In this document: piece by piece, positions 25,443 to 35,219 of the stretch | Layout of the letters: each line of letters opens with the position of its first letter | Numbering within the stretch: position 1 is the stretch's first letter | Assembly: GCA_947089305.1 (NCBI GenBank) | Contig: CAMUJQ010000002.1 | Location: forward strand, 1-40,263 | DNA length: 40,263 nucleotides | Direction of reading: 5' to 3' | Source of the DNA: an uncultured Clostridia bacterium | Lineage (GTDB): Bacteria > Bacillota > Clostridia > Christensenellales > UBA1242 | Program-made: the position numbers and the translations under genes | Notes under the pieces: model-generated | Databases searched by the model: none | What the model saw: only the letters and a program-made list of their open reading frames with translations | What the model was told of the DNA's origin: nothing

Positions 25443-27710
25443 TTATTTTTTCTTTTCAAAAAGCCTAAACGCTAAAATTGTAGTATCGTCTTTCATTGCA
25501 TCTTTAGAGCGAACTTTACATTCAGTTAAAAGTTGATCAGCCAAACTTTGTGGATTTGTTACATCTAATTTCTCAATAAACTCTTTTAACTCTATGCTGT
25601 TTTTAAATAAATCACTAACTCCATCACTTACAAGAATTACTATATCTCCCATATTTAAAAGTCGTGTTTCAACCTTTGGAATTGATTCATCTACAATACC
25701 AATTGGTAATGCTCCACTATTCAAAATTTCAACCCCGTCTGAGGTTTTCAAAAAACTTTCAGGCGCCCCTAATTTATATAAACTAAAAGCCCGTTTGAAC
25801 AAATCAACAACACATACATCAAGCGCACAAAATTCATCAGTCGATTGCATAACAAGCAATTTGTTAATAGATTGATAAATTTGCTCTTTATCAAATTCTG
25901 CTCTATAAAAATTTTCTACAAGAGTTAAAGCTAAATTACTAATTTCATTTGCACGTTCTCCGCTCCCCATTCCATCGCACAATGCAAATAACGCATTTTC
26001 ATCTCCCATTTTTGAAAAACTATAAGTGTCTCCACTTTCACTTGTTTCAAGTTTAGACATACTAGCAACGCCAAATACAACATCACAAAGAGGTGAATCA
26101 ATTACCGTATATGTTTTATCATCAACAATGCTTGCATTAACTGGCCTTTTTAAAACACTGCCTACAACCTCGTTTAATATATCTAATATATTCACATAAC
26201 TTTCTTTAAAATTTATAGTAAAAATATATCTTCCATTTTCTTCAACACAAAAAACTTTAATAGGCAATAAATTTTTATAAATTAAAAGTTTTTCCACTTC
26301 ATCAGCTAGATGAGTGTTAAAAATAGTTTTTTCACTAACTGCTAAGCTTAATTTAGCTAACTGTTCATTTACACAATCAAGTTGCTTTGTTGCTATCAAA
26401 GTTCCTTCATTGGCCCCATTTTGTAAAACATTAAACTTTAAAAATTTTTGACACATGTTATTTACTTCATTAAGTAATACAGGAATGTTTTTACAGCGTT
26501 CAGTTAAAAACGGTGGAATATCTAAAATTGTTATTTTACCTCTTACTAATCCATTTGCAAAAAAGTTTGTAATTGCAGTTTTAGTATCATTATGTAATGC
26601 ATGACACATTGAATAATTAGGACACTTTTTACAAATTAAATTAATTAATTCATTTGATAAAAGTTCTTTTCCATCCTCAATTGATATTTGTTGTTTAATA
26701 TTCTTTTTTAACACATTCGATACAAGGGAAATAACAATGCCCGTATTTTCAATCTTTTGTTTTAAACTAGCTTTTGTGTAACTAAGTAAAGTTGGAGTAT
26801 AACTTTTGTATCCTTCAAAGAAATTATTAAGTTCGCTAACAAAAGTTTTTGTTGTTAACATAAATAAAACCATCGCAACAACAAAAGCAATTCCCTCAAA
26901 TAAAATTGTTTGGTAGTTATCTAAAAAATAAATACTTGATGAAAAACTAATTACAGCTCCTAAAATTGTTAACCACTTCCCAGATTTTTTAAATACTAAA
27001 GTTATTAAATTTAGTAAAACAAATGGAACAAAACAAACTGCATTTGCGCCACCAATTAAATAACCTAAAGAAATAGACAAAGTAATAAGTAAACTAGTGC
27101 TACTTGACAATGCAAATGCTATTAAAATAATTAAATAGTAACTTACTATGCTTCCAAAAGGAAAACTGAAAAAATGAATATTTTTTATACCACTTGCAAA
27201 AACCATTACAAAAACTAACGCACTTAATATTTCATCTGTATTTAATTTTAAACTTACTTTTCTATTTAAAGAAGCAACAACAAAATTAAATATAACATTT
27301 AAAAATACTAAAGATAGCCCCAAATTAAGCAAAATAAATAATGCATTCATTGTATTAAATTCCACTACAAAAAATGGCACTAAAGAAATTGCTAATACAA
27401 TATTTAAAACCAATTTAGTGTAATTATGTTTTGTTTGCTTGTGAACAATATAAGTAATAATATATGCAACGCAAGAAATAGCATAAAGACAAACAGATAT
27501 TAAATCATTCCCACTTAAAAAGGAGGCTAAAACAAACAATGGAGATAAAATAAAAGCATTTTGTCCGCCAGCTAATATTGCAACAAAAAATGCTGCAGAA
27601 TAAAACCCACTTACATTAATTGTTCTTGCTTTAAATAGGCAATAGAACATTATAAAAAACACTAAATATTTAAAAATTTGGTTTAAGGCTTTTAAATTTT
27701 TCTTTTTCAT
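25443..27710 (-). CDS. spoIIE: Stage II sporulation protein E-like membrane PP2C phosphatase
   Basis: The ~300-aa N-terminal domain has ~10 TM segments. It has a central regulatory region and a C-terminal PP2C domain (GDTYSF...ALCDGMGSGERA...SDGV...DDTT). Confidence 0.75.
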   Translation of the reverse strand: MKKKNLKALNQIFKYLVFFIMFYCLFKARTINVSGFYSAAFFVAILAGGQNAFILSPLFVLASFLSGNDLISVCLYAISCVAYIITYIVHKQTKHNYTKLVLNIVLAISLVPFFVVEFNTMNALFILLNLGLSLVFLNVIFNFVVASLNRKVSLKLNTDEILSALVFVMVFASGIKNIHFFSFPFGSIVSYYLIILIAFALSSSTSLLITLSISLGYLIGGANAVCFVPFVLLNLITLVFKKSGKWLTILGAVISFSSSIYFLDNYQTILFEGIAFVVAMVLFMLTTKTFVSELNNFFEGYKSYTPTLLSYTKASLKQKIENTGIVISLVSNVLKKNIKQQISIEDGKELLSNELINLICKKCPNYSMCHALHNDTKTAITNFFANGLVRGKITILDIPPFLTERCKNIPVLLNEVNNMCQKFLKFNVLQNGANEGTLIATKQLDCVNEQLAKLSLAVSEKTIFNTHLADEVEKLLIYKNLLPIKVFCVEENGRYIFTINFKESYVNILDILNEVVGSVLKRPVNASIVDDKTYTVIDSPLCDVVFGVASMSKLETSESGDTYSFSKMGDENALFALCDGMGSGERANEISNLALTLVENFYRAEFDKEQIYQSINKLLVMQSTDEFCALDVCVVDLFKRAFSLYKLGAPESFLKTSDGVEILNSGALPIGIVDESIPKVETRLLNMGDIVILVSDGVSDLFKNSIELKEFIEKLDVTNPQSLADQLLTECKVRSKDAMKDDTTILAFRLFEKKK

Positions 27711-27813
27711 AAATTCATTATACCAATAAAAAAAAGTCTAAATTTAGGAAAAAAATTTAAAATTTGTTTGTTTTTGTTTTTTGTTTTAAGTAAATAATGC
27801 TAAAATATATGTG

Positions 27814-28809
27814 ATGGATAAAGTTAGTGCATCGTCTCCTAAAAAAGGACTAAAAATTTTAATAATAATAGCCATTATTTCAAGCGTTTTGTTTGGAGTG
27901 GTTTTTTCTATAATCTTGGTTTTAAGACAAGAAAAATCAATGTATGCGGACTTTGCAAAAGTAATTTCAGACCCATATGAAGAACGCTACATTGAAAGCG
28001 GAACAAATTTAAACCCAATCAAAGATGCCTATAAAGATACTTTAGTAGACTTTACCACTACATCTTCTAATTTGCAAGAAAGACTTAGTTATTATCTTCC
28101 CTATTTATTACATTTAAAATTTGATAAACCAACTCAAAGTAAAGCTAAAAAAGTTTTAAATGAATTTACTGTTGCTCAAAATAATTTTGATGCTATTCTT
28201 AAAGAAACTAAAATTGATTCAATCAAAGAAACTAAAAACCCTTATTTATATTATGGAGCATTTCTACCACAATACCAAAAATACATTAAAGCAAAATATG
28301 ATATTGTAAGATTTATTGAAAATCATTTTGAAAATATTGGCTTTTCTTTCAGCCCATATTTAAACAATTTAGTTAAGTTAGCTAATCTATATGTAGAATT
28401 TTCAATAAACATTGCTTTACCTTCTATATATGTAATAAATGATAATCCTAACAATTTTAATGCTTTTATATCAGATAACAATTCAATGAGTTTAAAATTT
28501 TTAAATAATAAATTCTTAGAATTTAAAAATACTTTTAAAAATAATGTTAACCAAGAAGCAACTAAACAATTTAATATAAAATTTAGTAGTATTGAAAAAA
28601 CTTTTAGAGTATTAATGGATACTTATTATAATTTATCAAATGAAAAACAAACAAACTTTTTAAAAGCTGAAAAGAAAAAACCAACAACTTTAAGCGCTAG
28701 TGATCCAAATTATGAAACAAACTTTTTACTTAGTTATTTTGCAACTAATGGAGGAAAATTTGTTCTTGATGCCAACCACTCTTATATAACCACATATTTT
28801 AATTTTTAA
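27814..28809 (+). CDS. Membrane-anchored Asn/Lys-rich protein of unknown function
   Basis: N-terminal TM anchor (ILIIIAIISSVLFGVVFSIILVL). Start is set at ATG 27814, 7 nt after TGCTAAAAT. No SD. Confidence 0.6.
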   Translation: MDKVSASSPKKGLKILIIIAIISSVLFGVVFSIILVLRQEKSMYADFAKVISDPYEERYIESGTNLNPIKDAYKDTLVDFTTTSSNLQERLSYYLPYLLHLKFDKPTQSKAKKVLNEFTVAQNNFDAILKETKIDSIKETKNPYLYYGAFLPQYQKYIKAKYDIVRFIENHFENIGFSFSPYLNNLVKLANLYVEFSINIALPSIYVINDNPNNFNAFISDNNSMSLKFLNNKFLEFKNTFKNNVNQEATKQFNIKFSSIEKTFRVLMDTYYNLSNEKQTNFLKAEKKKPTTLSASDPNYETNFLLSYFATNGGKFVLDANHSYITTYFNF

Positions 28810-28818
28810 GGAGAAAAA

Positions 28819-29856
28819 ATGAAAAAGTTTTTAGCTGCAATTTGTTTAATTTTTGTATGTATATTTTCTTTTGCATCTTGCGAAACAACTTTTTCAATGC
28901 GTCAAGTAATTGTTAGAATGCATGATGCAATTAGTAGTATGGATATTAGCAGTTACTTTCCTAACGGAAAATTTGAGTATGATAGCACTACTATTAAAGT
29001 TCGCATAGGTGAAAATAAACTTTTAGATACACAACTTGAAACTCTTAATCTTTCTATGATTGCTTTCAATAGTTATAAAGATATGCTAGAAAAAACAATG
29101 ATTCAAAAAGAAGCTAACGCAAAAGATTCTACAATTCTTTATAAACTTTTAGACAACTTCTACTATTCATTGAAAGAACAACACATAATAAAGCTTTCTA
29201 TTGAAAACAATATAAATTTTAATGTAAACAATACTCAAGATAAAAATGAATTTAATCAATATTTACTACGCCTTAAAACTGTTACACATGATGCGTTACT
29301 TGCAAATATTGCATTATTAAACACTTTTCAAAATGCCCTTTTTAATAAAGTAGATGTTGAAACAGTTAAAGATCCGCAAAACGTAGTTTCAAGAACCTAT
29401 GAGGCAAAAATACTTAAAACCTATTTAATTATGCTAAAAAATGCATCAACCTTATTTTTAGATAAATTGAACTTAAAAGAACTTTACGTTTATGGCTCAA
29501 CTGAAAATCAAAGTTTTGAAACTTTAAGCAATATAACTAATCTTGGTAAAATATTGTTAACTAAAAATGTTTTAAGTTTTAACACATTATCCCTTGAAAA
29601 AATGAAACAAATTTGGCCAATTCTAACTCATTGTGAAAAAACTGATAGTTTTACAGTTAACAGCATAAATGATTTTAATTTTAATTCGCTTGTAAATAAA
29701 ATTGAAAGCGAGTATAATGAATACAATGCCTCTAACTTAACTGTTTACTTAAACAAAAATGTTAGTGCTGTTGATAAAGCAAATTATAATTTTGCTGTTC
29801 AAGAAATGCAAAATTATAAAAATGTTGTTTCAATGATTAACAACTTATTTTACTAA
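28819..29856 (+). CDS. Putative lipoprotein of unknown function
   Basis: Signal peptide ending in a lipobox-like FASC (Cys21). AAGGAG SD. The mature part is Asn-rich and probably helical. Confidence 0.6.
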   Translation: MKKFLAAICLIFVCIFSFASCETTFSMRQVIVRMHDAISSMDISSYFPNGKFEYDSTTIKVRIGENKLLDTQLETLNLSMIAFNSYKDMLEKTMIQKEANAKDSTILYKLLDNFYYSLKEQHIIKLSIENNINFNVNNTQDKNEFNQYLLRLKTVTHDALLANIALLNTFQNALFNKVDVETVKDPQNVVSRTYEAKILKTYLIMLKNASTLFLDKLNLKELYVYGSTENQSFETLSNITNLGKILLTKNVLSFNTLSLEKMKQIWPILTHCEKTDSFTVNSINDFNFNSLVNKIESEYNEYNASNLTVYLNKNVSAVDKANYNFAVQEMQNYKNVVSMINNLFY

Positions 29857-29868
29857 ATGGAGATTTTT

Positions 29869-31512
29869 ATGGATAACAAAAAATTAGCAAGTTTACTATT
29901 CCCAAATGTAAAGGGCGTGGATTACTATGAAAACAAATATAAAAAACGCGAGTTGAAAGAGGGCGCGTATGTAACGCGTTTTGCACCTAGCCCAACTGGA
30001 TATGTGCACATGGGCAATATTTTACAAGCTATTTTAGATTATACTCTTGCAAAACAAACGAGCGGCGTTTCTATTGTGCGAGTTGAAGACACTGACGATA
30101 AACGAAAAGTAGATAATGCAGTTGATGTTATGTTAAGCACGCTAAAGCAATATAATCTTAATTTTGATGAAGGCGTTGTTGCCAGCAACAAATCAATTGG
30201 AGAATATGGCCCATATTATCAAAGCGAGCGCAAAGACATTTATCAAAGTTATGCAAAACAACTTGTAGAAAAAGGTCTTGCCTACCCTTGTTTTTGCACC
30301 ATGGATGATGAGCAACAAATAAGAGAGTCTCAAATAAAAGAACTTGGTGAACACGCTTTAACTGGTTATTATGGCAAATGGCGTAAATGCAACAATTTAA
30401 CAATTGAAGAAATTGAAAATAACTTAAAAGCAAACAAGCCTTTTACAATAAAATTTAAAAGTCAAGCAAAAAGTTTAGATGATAAAATTGAGGGTGAAGA
30501 TGTAACTCGTGGCAAACTTAGCATGCAACGCTGGTTTAAAGATGAAGTCATTTTAAAAAGCGATGGCCAAGCAGTTTATCACCTTGCACATATTGTAGAC
30601 GATTATTTAATGGGTGTTAACCTTGTTGTTCGCGGAAGTGAATGGCTATCTACTTATCCACTACATATTGATTTATTAAATGCCCTTAAAATTAATCACC
30701 CTAAATATTTGCACAACTTGCTACTTTGTAAAATTGAAAATGGTTCTAAAATAAAAATTAGCAAACGCAAGCATCCAGAATGTTTAATGAGTTTTTATGA
30801 AGAACTAGGTTACCCTATGGAAGCCGTTAGAGACTATATGTATACCTTGCTTAATTCTAATTTTGAAGATTGGCGCAATGCTAACCCAACGGCAGATATA
30901 AATGAATTTAAAGTAACATTTAACAAAATTAATGCTGGAGAAGTTATGCTAGATACTGCTAAAATTGATAATATTTCTAAAAATGTCATTAGTTTAATGA
31001 CGGCAGAAGAAGTTTATAATAAATTTTTAGAGTATACAAGAAAATATGATAATGAACTTTTTGATTTTGTAAATAAAAACAAAAAATATGTAACAGGCTT
31101 TTTAGCAATTGACAGAGGCGGCGTTAAACCAAGAAAAGATTTATGTAAAATAAGTGAAATTAAAGATAAATATCATTATTTCTTTAATGCACCAAAAGTA
31201 GACTTTTCTACTTTAAATTTAGACAATAAAATCATTAAAACTGTTTTAAGTGAATATGTTAAAATTTTTGACATTAAAGATGATAAAGAAACTTGGTGGA
31301 ATAAAATTAAAACGTTGGCAGAAACATTGAATTTTGCAACTGACAACAAAGCCTACAAAGCTGACCCAACTAAATTTAACGGTAACATTTCAACTCTTGC
31401 AAATATAATACGCCTAAGCCTAACAGGAGAAACACAAAGTGTAGATATGTATGGCATTATGCAAGTTTTAGGAAATGCGGAAGTAATTCAAAGATTAACA
31501 AATGCTATTTAA
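29869..31512 (+). CDS. gltX: Glutamate--tRNA ligase
   Basis: RFAPSPTGYVHMGN (HIGH region), VRVEDTD, KISKRK (KMSKS region). Start is set at ATG 29869, which has GGAGA 5 nt upstream. Confidence 0.88.
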   Translation: MDNKKLASLLFPNVKGVDYYENKYKKRELKEGAYVTRFAPSPTGYVHMGNILQAILDYTLAKQTSGVSIVRVEDTDDKRKVDNAVDVMLSTLKQYNLNFDEGVVASNKSIGEYGPYYQSERKDIYQSYAKQLVEKGLAYPCFCTMDDEQQIRESQIKELGEHALTGYYGKWRKCNNLTIEEIENNLKANKPFTIKFKSQAKSLDDKIEGEDVTRGKLSMQRWFKDEVILKSDGQAVYHLAHIVDDYLMGVNLVVRGSEWLSTYPLHIDLLNALKINHPKYLHNLLLCKIENGSKIKISKRKHPECLMSFYEELGYPMEAVRDYMYTLLNSNFEDWRNANPTADINEFKVTFNKINAGEVMLDTAKIDNISKNVISLMTAEEVYNKFLEYTRKYDNELFDFVNKNKKYVTGFLAIDRGGVKPRKDLCKISEIKDKYHYFFNAPKVDFSTLNLDNKIIKTVLSEYVKIFDIKDDKETWWNKIKTLAETLNFATDNKAYKADPTKFNGNISTLANIIRLSLTGETQSVDMYGIMQVLGNAEVIQRLTNAI

Positions 31513-31513
31513 A

Positions 31514-31548
31514 TAAAAAAATTCTACAAATTAATGTAGAATTTTTTT
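31514..31548. terminator. Bidirectional terminator between gltX and the convergent surface-protein gene
   Basis: A7-ATTCTACA-AATTAA-TGTAGAAT-T7. Confidence 0.65.
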
Positions 31549-31552
31549 ATAA

Positions 31553-32851
31553 CTAAATGCAAAAACCAAAAGCTATGCCATGCTCAAGTGCAGGACCATA
31601 AGCCTCGTAAAGGCATCCTGAAACATAAAAATAATAGTAATCGGATTGTGGTGCAGTTGAACGAAGCCACCATGCTTTAACATTTCCTGTTCCATTAGCA
31701 AGTTTACGAACAAGGGCAGGAATGCTTGTATTATAAGCAGTATCACCAACTAAATTTGTAAAATATTCATAACGAGCACCTTCATATATAGTTACATTAA
31801 TTTTAACCATGTCTGTAATACTATTGTCACTACAAAATGCTCTTAATTCATTTTCTGCAAATATCTCAGATGCAGAAAATAGCCAAAGCTTATCCTGAGA
31901 AGTTACCCTATCTGTATTAACTCTTTTACCTGTTGTTGAAACTTTATTTACTGACTTAATAATTTTTTGTAAATCGCTTGGAATTTTATTATAATAATCA
32001 ACCATTGTAATTTTTCTAGCATTTGACTCAGTCCACCCACCTGTATTATCATTTTGAGTATCAATTAAAGGTTGGGCTGTTAAATGCTTCATACCAATAC
32101 TGATCTTTGCTTTGCCTGTACCGTCTGAAAGGTCATCATGATTAAAACCTAAAATAACAAATGTTAAAGTTTCGCCATCTGTAAGAGTTACATCTTTTTC
32201 ATTACCTACAGCATAATATTCTTTTGCAAGATTTTGTTGTGCGATATAATCTATAGCCTCCCATTCTGCATCGGCAAAAGGTTTATCAAACTGAAATAAA
32301 GAAATCAACCAATTTATTGTGCCTGTGCAAATAGCATTTTGTTGCTTATTTTCTACACTTAAACGAATATATATTGTCCCTTCTGATTGTTCTAAAACTT
32401 GTAAATGTGAGTAATCTTCTACAAAATTTACACCATCATTTGAATAAGTAAATTTTATATTTGTATCATCATTATCATTATCTTGATAAACTGGTTTACA
32501 ATAATAATCAAAAACATTTGTGTTTGTAAAAGTATATTTGAATATTACAAATAAATTATCTTTTGTTAATTCTATATCTCCATTTGGTTGCAAGCTTAAA
32601 TTGCTGCTTTCTAGGTCTATTGTAGTTTGTCCTGAAGAATTTGTCATATCAATTTCTTGCCCGTTACCTATTCTATAACTGGCTTTTGCCGTTCCTTGTA
32701 TACCTTGTGTTACATTATACTGCACTCTTATGCTTGAATTAAAATTTTGCACATTAAGTGCTAGCACAATAACTGCAGTTAGTGAAGCTACTAGCAAAAC
32801 TGCTAAAATTATGTAACTTGTTATTATTATTTTCTTTTTTACTATAGACAT
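31553..32851 (-). CDS. Membrane-anchored extracellular protein of unknown function
   Basis: N-terminal signal anchor (IIITSYIILAVLLVASLTAVIVLAL), a beta-rich N-terminal region, and a C-terminal region with a WWLRS motif. AAGGAG SD. Confidence 0.65.
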   Translation of the reverse strand: MSIVKKKIIITSYIILAVLLVASLTAVIVLALNVQNFNSSIRVQYNVTQGIQGTAKASYRIGNGQEIDMTNSSGQTTIDLESSNLSLQPNGDIELTKDNLFVIFKYTFTNTNVFDYYCKPVYQDNDNDDTNIKFTYSNDGVNFVEDYSHLQVLEQSEGTIYIRLSVENKQQNAICTGTINWLISLFQFDKPFADAEWEAIDYIAQQNLAKEYYAVGNEKDVTLTDGETLTFVILGFNHDDLSDGTGKAKISIGMKHLTAQPLIDTQNDNTGGWTESNARKITMVDYYNKIPSDLQKIIKSVNKVSTTGKRVNTDRVTSQDKLWLFSASEIFAENELRAFCSDNSITDMVKINVTIYEGARYEYFTNLVGDTAYNTSIPALVRKLANGTGNVKAWWLRSTAPQSDYYYFYVSGCLYEAYGPALEHGIAFGFCI

Positions 32852-32869
32852 TTTTCTTCTCCTTTTTAC

Positions 32870-32901
32870 ATTTTAACCTACCCCCCCCCCTACTCCGTCA
32901 A
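32870..32901 (-). promoter_or_regulatory. Promoter TTGACG-N20-TAAAAT whose spacer contains a G10 tract
   Basis: Minus strand: TTGACG (32896-32901), GAGTA-G10-TAGGT, TAAAAT (32870-32875), then GTAAAAAGGAGAAGAAAA-ATG. Confidence 0.5.
32881..32890. repeat. Homopolymeric C10/G10 tract
   Basis: Ten consecutive C on the plus strand, flanked by A and T. I saw no other G/C homopolymer of this length anywhere in the window. Confidence 0.95.
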
Positions 32902-32912
32902 GCAAATAACAA

Positions 32913-32940
32913 AAAAAACAACTCATAAAGGTTGTTTTTT
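32913..32940 (-). terminator. Weak A/U-rich terminator after the 269-aa gene
   Basis: Minus strand: AAAAAACAAC-CTTTATGA-GTTGTTTTTT. It overlaps the stop codon at 32939-32941. Confidence 0.4.
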
Positions 32941-33748
32941 ATGCTTTATTAAATAACAAACTATACATCATATAACCGTCAAGGCCTTGAGTTTTTCCTT
33001 CATCTAAAACAAATTCAATGTAACTTCCTGCTGCAACCGTTTCAAAAGTGTAGTTAATTGAAAACTTATATGTATAATCTTTTTTATTTTCAAAATAAAA
33101 ACTATCAGTTGAATATATTTCTTTTTCTTGATTTTTTTGCGCATCATATAAATTTATTTTATATGTACAGAGCCCTCTTCCACTTGTTCTAAGTTTAAAA
33201 TACATGTTTTTAAGTTCAAGCTCACTAAACGATTCTTTAAAAATAAATTTAATTGTTATATATTTTTTTATGTCTGAAGAATTAACTTTTTTATTTTCAA
33301 ACTTAGACAAACTCATTTCAGGGTCTAGTTTGCTTCCACTTTCTCCCGAATCATTTTCATAATTATAGAATACTTCAACATTATTCATAAATATCTTTGT
33401 TGGCTCAAGCTTAATAGTTGCTAAATAAATCCAACTTATAATTGCACCAACTATAGCAATTGAGAAAAAACAAATTGCAAAGAGTGCTATTCTTTTATAA
33501 TCAATATTTTTAGGAACACCTAAATCGTGTCTCTTTTTAGCTCTTTTATATTTTCTAAATTCACGATTAGACATTTCCTCAAGGGGTTTTTTAGGTTTAT
33601 AAGTAAACATGTTTTCAATTTTTTGATTTAATTGTTCAGCTTCTGCTAAAATGTTCGGATTAGTTAAAAGCATGTGCATCTTTTTATTTTCTATATTTTT
33701 AATAATTACCTTATCAAACTTTGGCAACTCTTTTTTAATTTCGCCCAC
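32939..33748 (-). CDS. Single-pass membrane protein of unknown function (269 aa)
   Basis: Basic cytoplasmic N-terminus, TM segment (IALFAICFFSIAIVGAIISWIYL), beta-rich C-terminal ectodomain. GTG start behind AAAGGAGG. Confidence 0.6.
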   Translation of the reverse strand: MGEIKKELPKFDKVIIKNIENKKMHMLLTNPNILAEAEQLNQKIENMFTYKPKKPLEEMSNREFRKYKRAKKRHDLGVPKNIDYKRIALFAICFFSIAIVGAIISWIYLATIKLEPTKIFMNNVEVFYNYENDSGESGSKLDPEMSLSKFENKKVNSSDIKKYITIKFIFKESFSELELKNMYFKLRTSGRGLCTYKINLYDAQKNQEKEIYSTDSFYFENKKDYTYKFSINYTFETVAAGSYIEFVLDEGKTQGLDGYMMYSLLFNKA

Positions 33749-33767
33749 TTTTAACCTCCTTTATTTT

Positions 33768-35219
33768 TTAAAATATTGCATCAAAATCCACAGATTCCAT
33801 TTCAGGTGGTGCATCACTATCGCTTAATTGATTTTCACTTTTCTTTGCTTTTGGAGCTGTTCTTAATAAACTCTCCTTATTTGCATCAAAGTCAAGATTT
33901 TTAAAGCTTGTAATTTCTCCAATCCATTTGAGTTTAATAGTATCAAGTTCACCGTTACGATGTTTAGCAATAATAAGTTCACAAATTGATTGTTCGCCAT
34001 CTTTTATTTCAACATCGTTATACATTTCAGGTTTATATAAAAACATAACAATATCTGCATCTTGCTCAATTGCACCGCTTTCACGAAGATCGCTTAAAAT
34101 TGGTCTATGGTCTGCACGAGTTTCAGTAGCACGACTCAACTGACTTAACACAATAACAGGAACATCTAACTCACGTGCTAAAATTTTTAACGAACGAGAA
34201 AACTCAGATACTTCTTGTTGTCTATTTACATCTCTACCTTTTTTACTGCTTTGCATAAGTTGAAGATAATCAATTAATATTAAATCTAAACCTTGCTCGC
34301 GTTGTAATCTGCGGCATTTACTTAAAATTTCAACTGGTGTATTTAAACTTGAATCGTCTATATAAATTTTAGTTTCAGCCAATTTTTTCTTTGCTTGAAT
34401 TATAGCATCCCATTCTTCTTTTGAGAGTTTTCCATTTTTAGCTTTTTTCATAGATACATTTGCGGCATTACATAAAACTCTTTGTGCAAGTTGAATTTTA
34501 GGCATTTCAAGGTTAAACACTGCAACTCGGCCTCCATTAAGAGCAACATTAGATACAATGTTCATTCCAAAACTTGTTTTTCCAACACCGGGACGAGCGG
34601 CTATTAATATCAAATCACTTTTTTGAAGACCGTTTGTCATTTCATCTAATTTGTGAAAGCCCGTTTTAAGCCCTTGTAAACTTTCAGGATCACGATAAAT
34701 TTGATCCATTCTTGCAATAACTTCATTTAAAGTTATTCCAATAGCTGTTAAACTAGATATATCTTGTTCTTTTGATAAATCAAACACACTTTTTTCTGCC
34801 GTTGCAATCGCTTCTGTTAAATCTTGACTTTCAAAACCAGTATTAACAATATTTTGTCCTGCTTGAATAAGTTTTCTAAGAACACTTTTAGTTTTAACTA
34901 TTGAAACATAATTTTTAAAGTTAGCGGCACTAGGCAAAACTGATGTTAAACTAGAAATATATTCTAAGCCACCAGTTTTATCAACAAGATTATTAGATAA
35001 AATAACATCAGATAAAGTAACATAATCAATAGGATTACTTTTTAAATACAACTCTTTCATAGAATCGAAAATTATAGCATTAGCTTCACTATAAAAATCA
35101 TCTCTATCAATTTCTCCAAAAATAGTTGATGAGCACTCTTTATCTATAAGTAAACATCCCAACAATGCTTGTTCAGCTTCTAAACTTTGAGGTAAAATGC
35201 GTGGTTTAACTTTTTCCAT
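33768..35219 (-). CDS. dnaB: Replicative DNA helicase DnaB
   Basis: PQSLEAEQALLGCLL N-terminus, Walker A ARPGVGKTSF, DYLQLM, SQLSR, and RNG arginine finger region. It ends in a ~40-aa acidic C-terminal tail. Confidence 0.93.
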   Translation of the reverse strand: MEKVKPRILPQSLEAEQALLGCLLIDKECSSTIFGEIDRDDFYSEANAIIFDSMKELYLKSNPIDYVTLSDVILSNNLVDKTGGLEYISSLTSVLPSAANFKNYVSIVKTKSVLRKLIQAGQNIVNTGFESQDLTEAIATAEKSVFDLSKEQDISSLTAIGITLNEVIARMDQIYRDPESLQGLKTGFHKLDEMTNGLQKSDLILIAARPGVGKTSFGMNIVSNVALNGGRVAVFNLEMPKIQLAQRVLCNAANVSMKKAKNGKLSKEEWDAIIQAKKKLAETKIYIDDSSLNTPVEILSKCRRLQREQGLDLILIDYLQLMQSSKKGRDVNRQQEVSEFSRSLKILARELDVPVIVLSQLSRATETRADHRPILSDLRESGAIEQDADIVMFLYKPEMYNDVEIKDGEQSICELIIAKHRNGELDTIKLKWIGEITSFKNLDFDANKESLLRTAPKAKKSENQLSDSDAPPEMESVDFDAIF

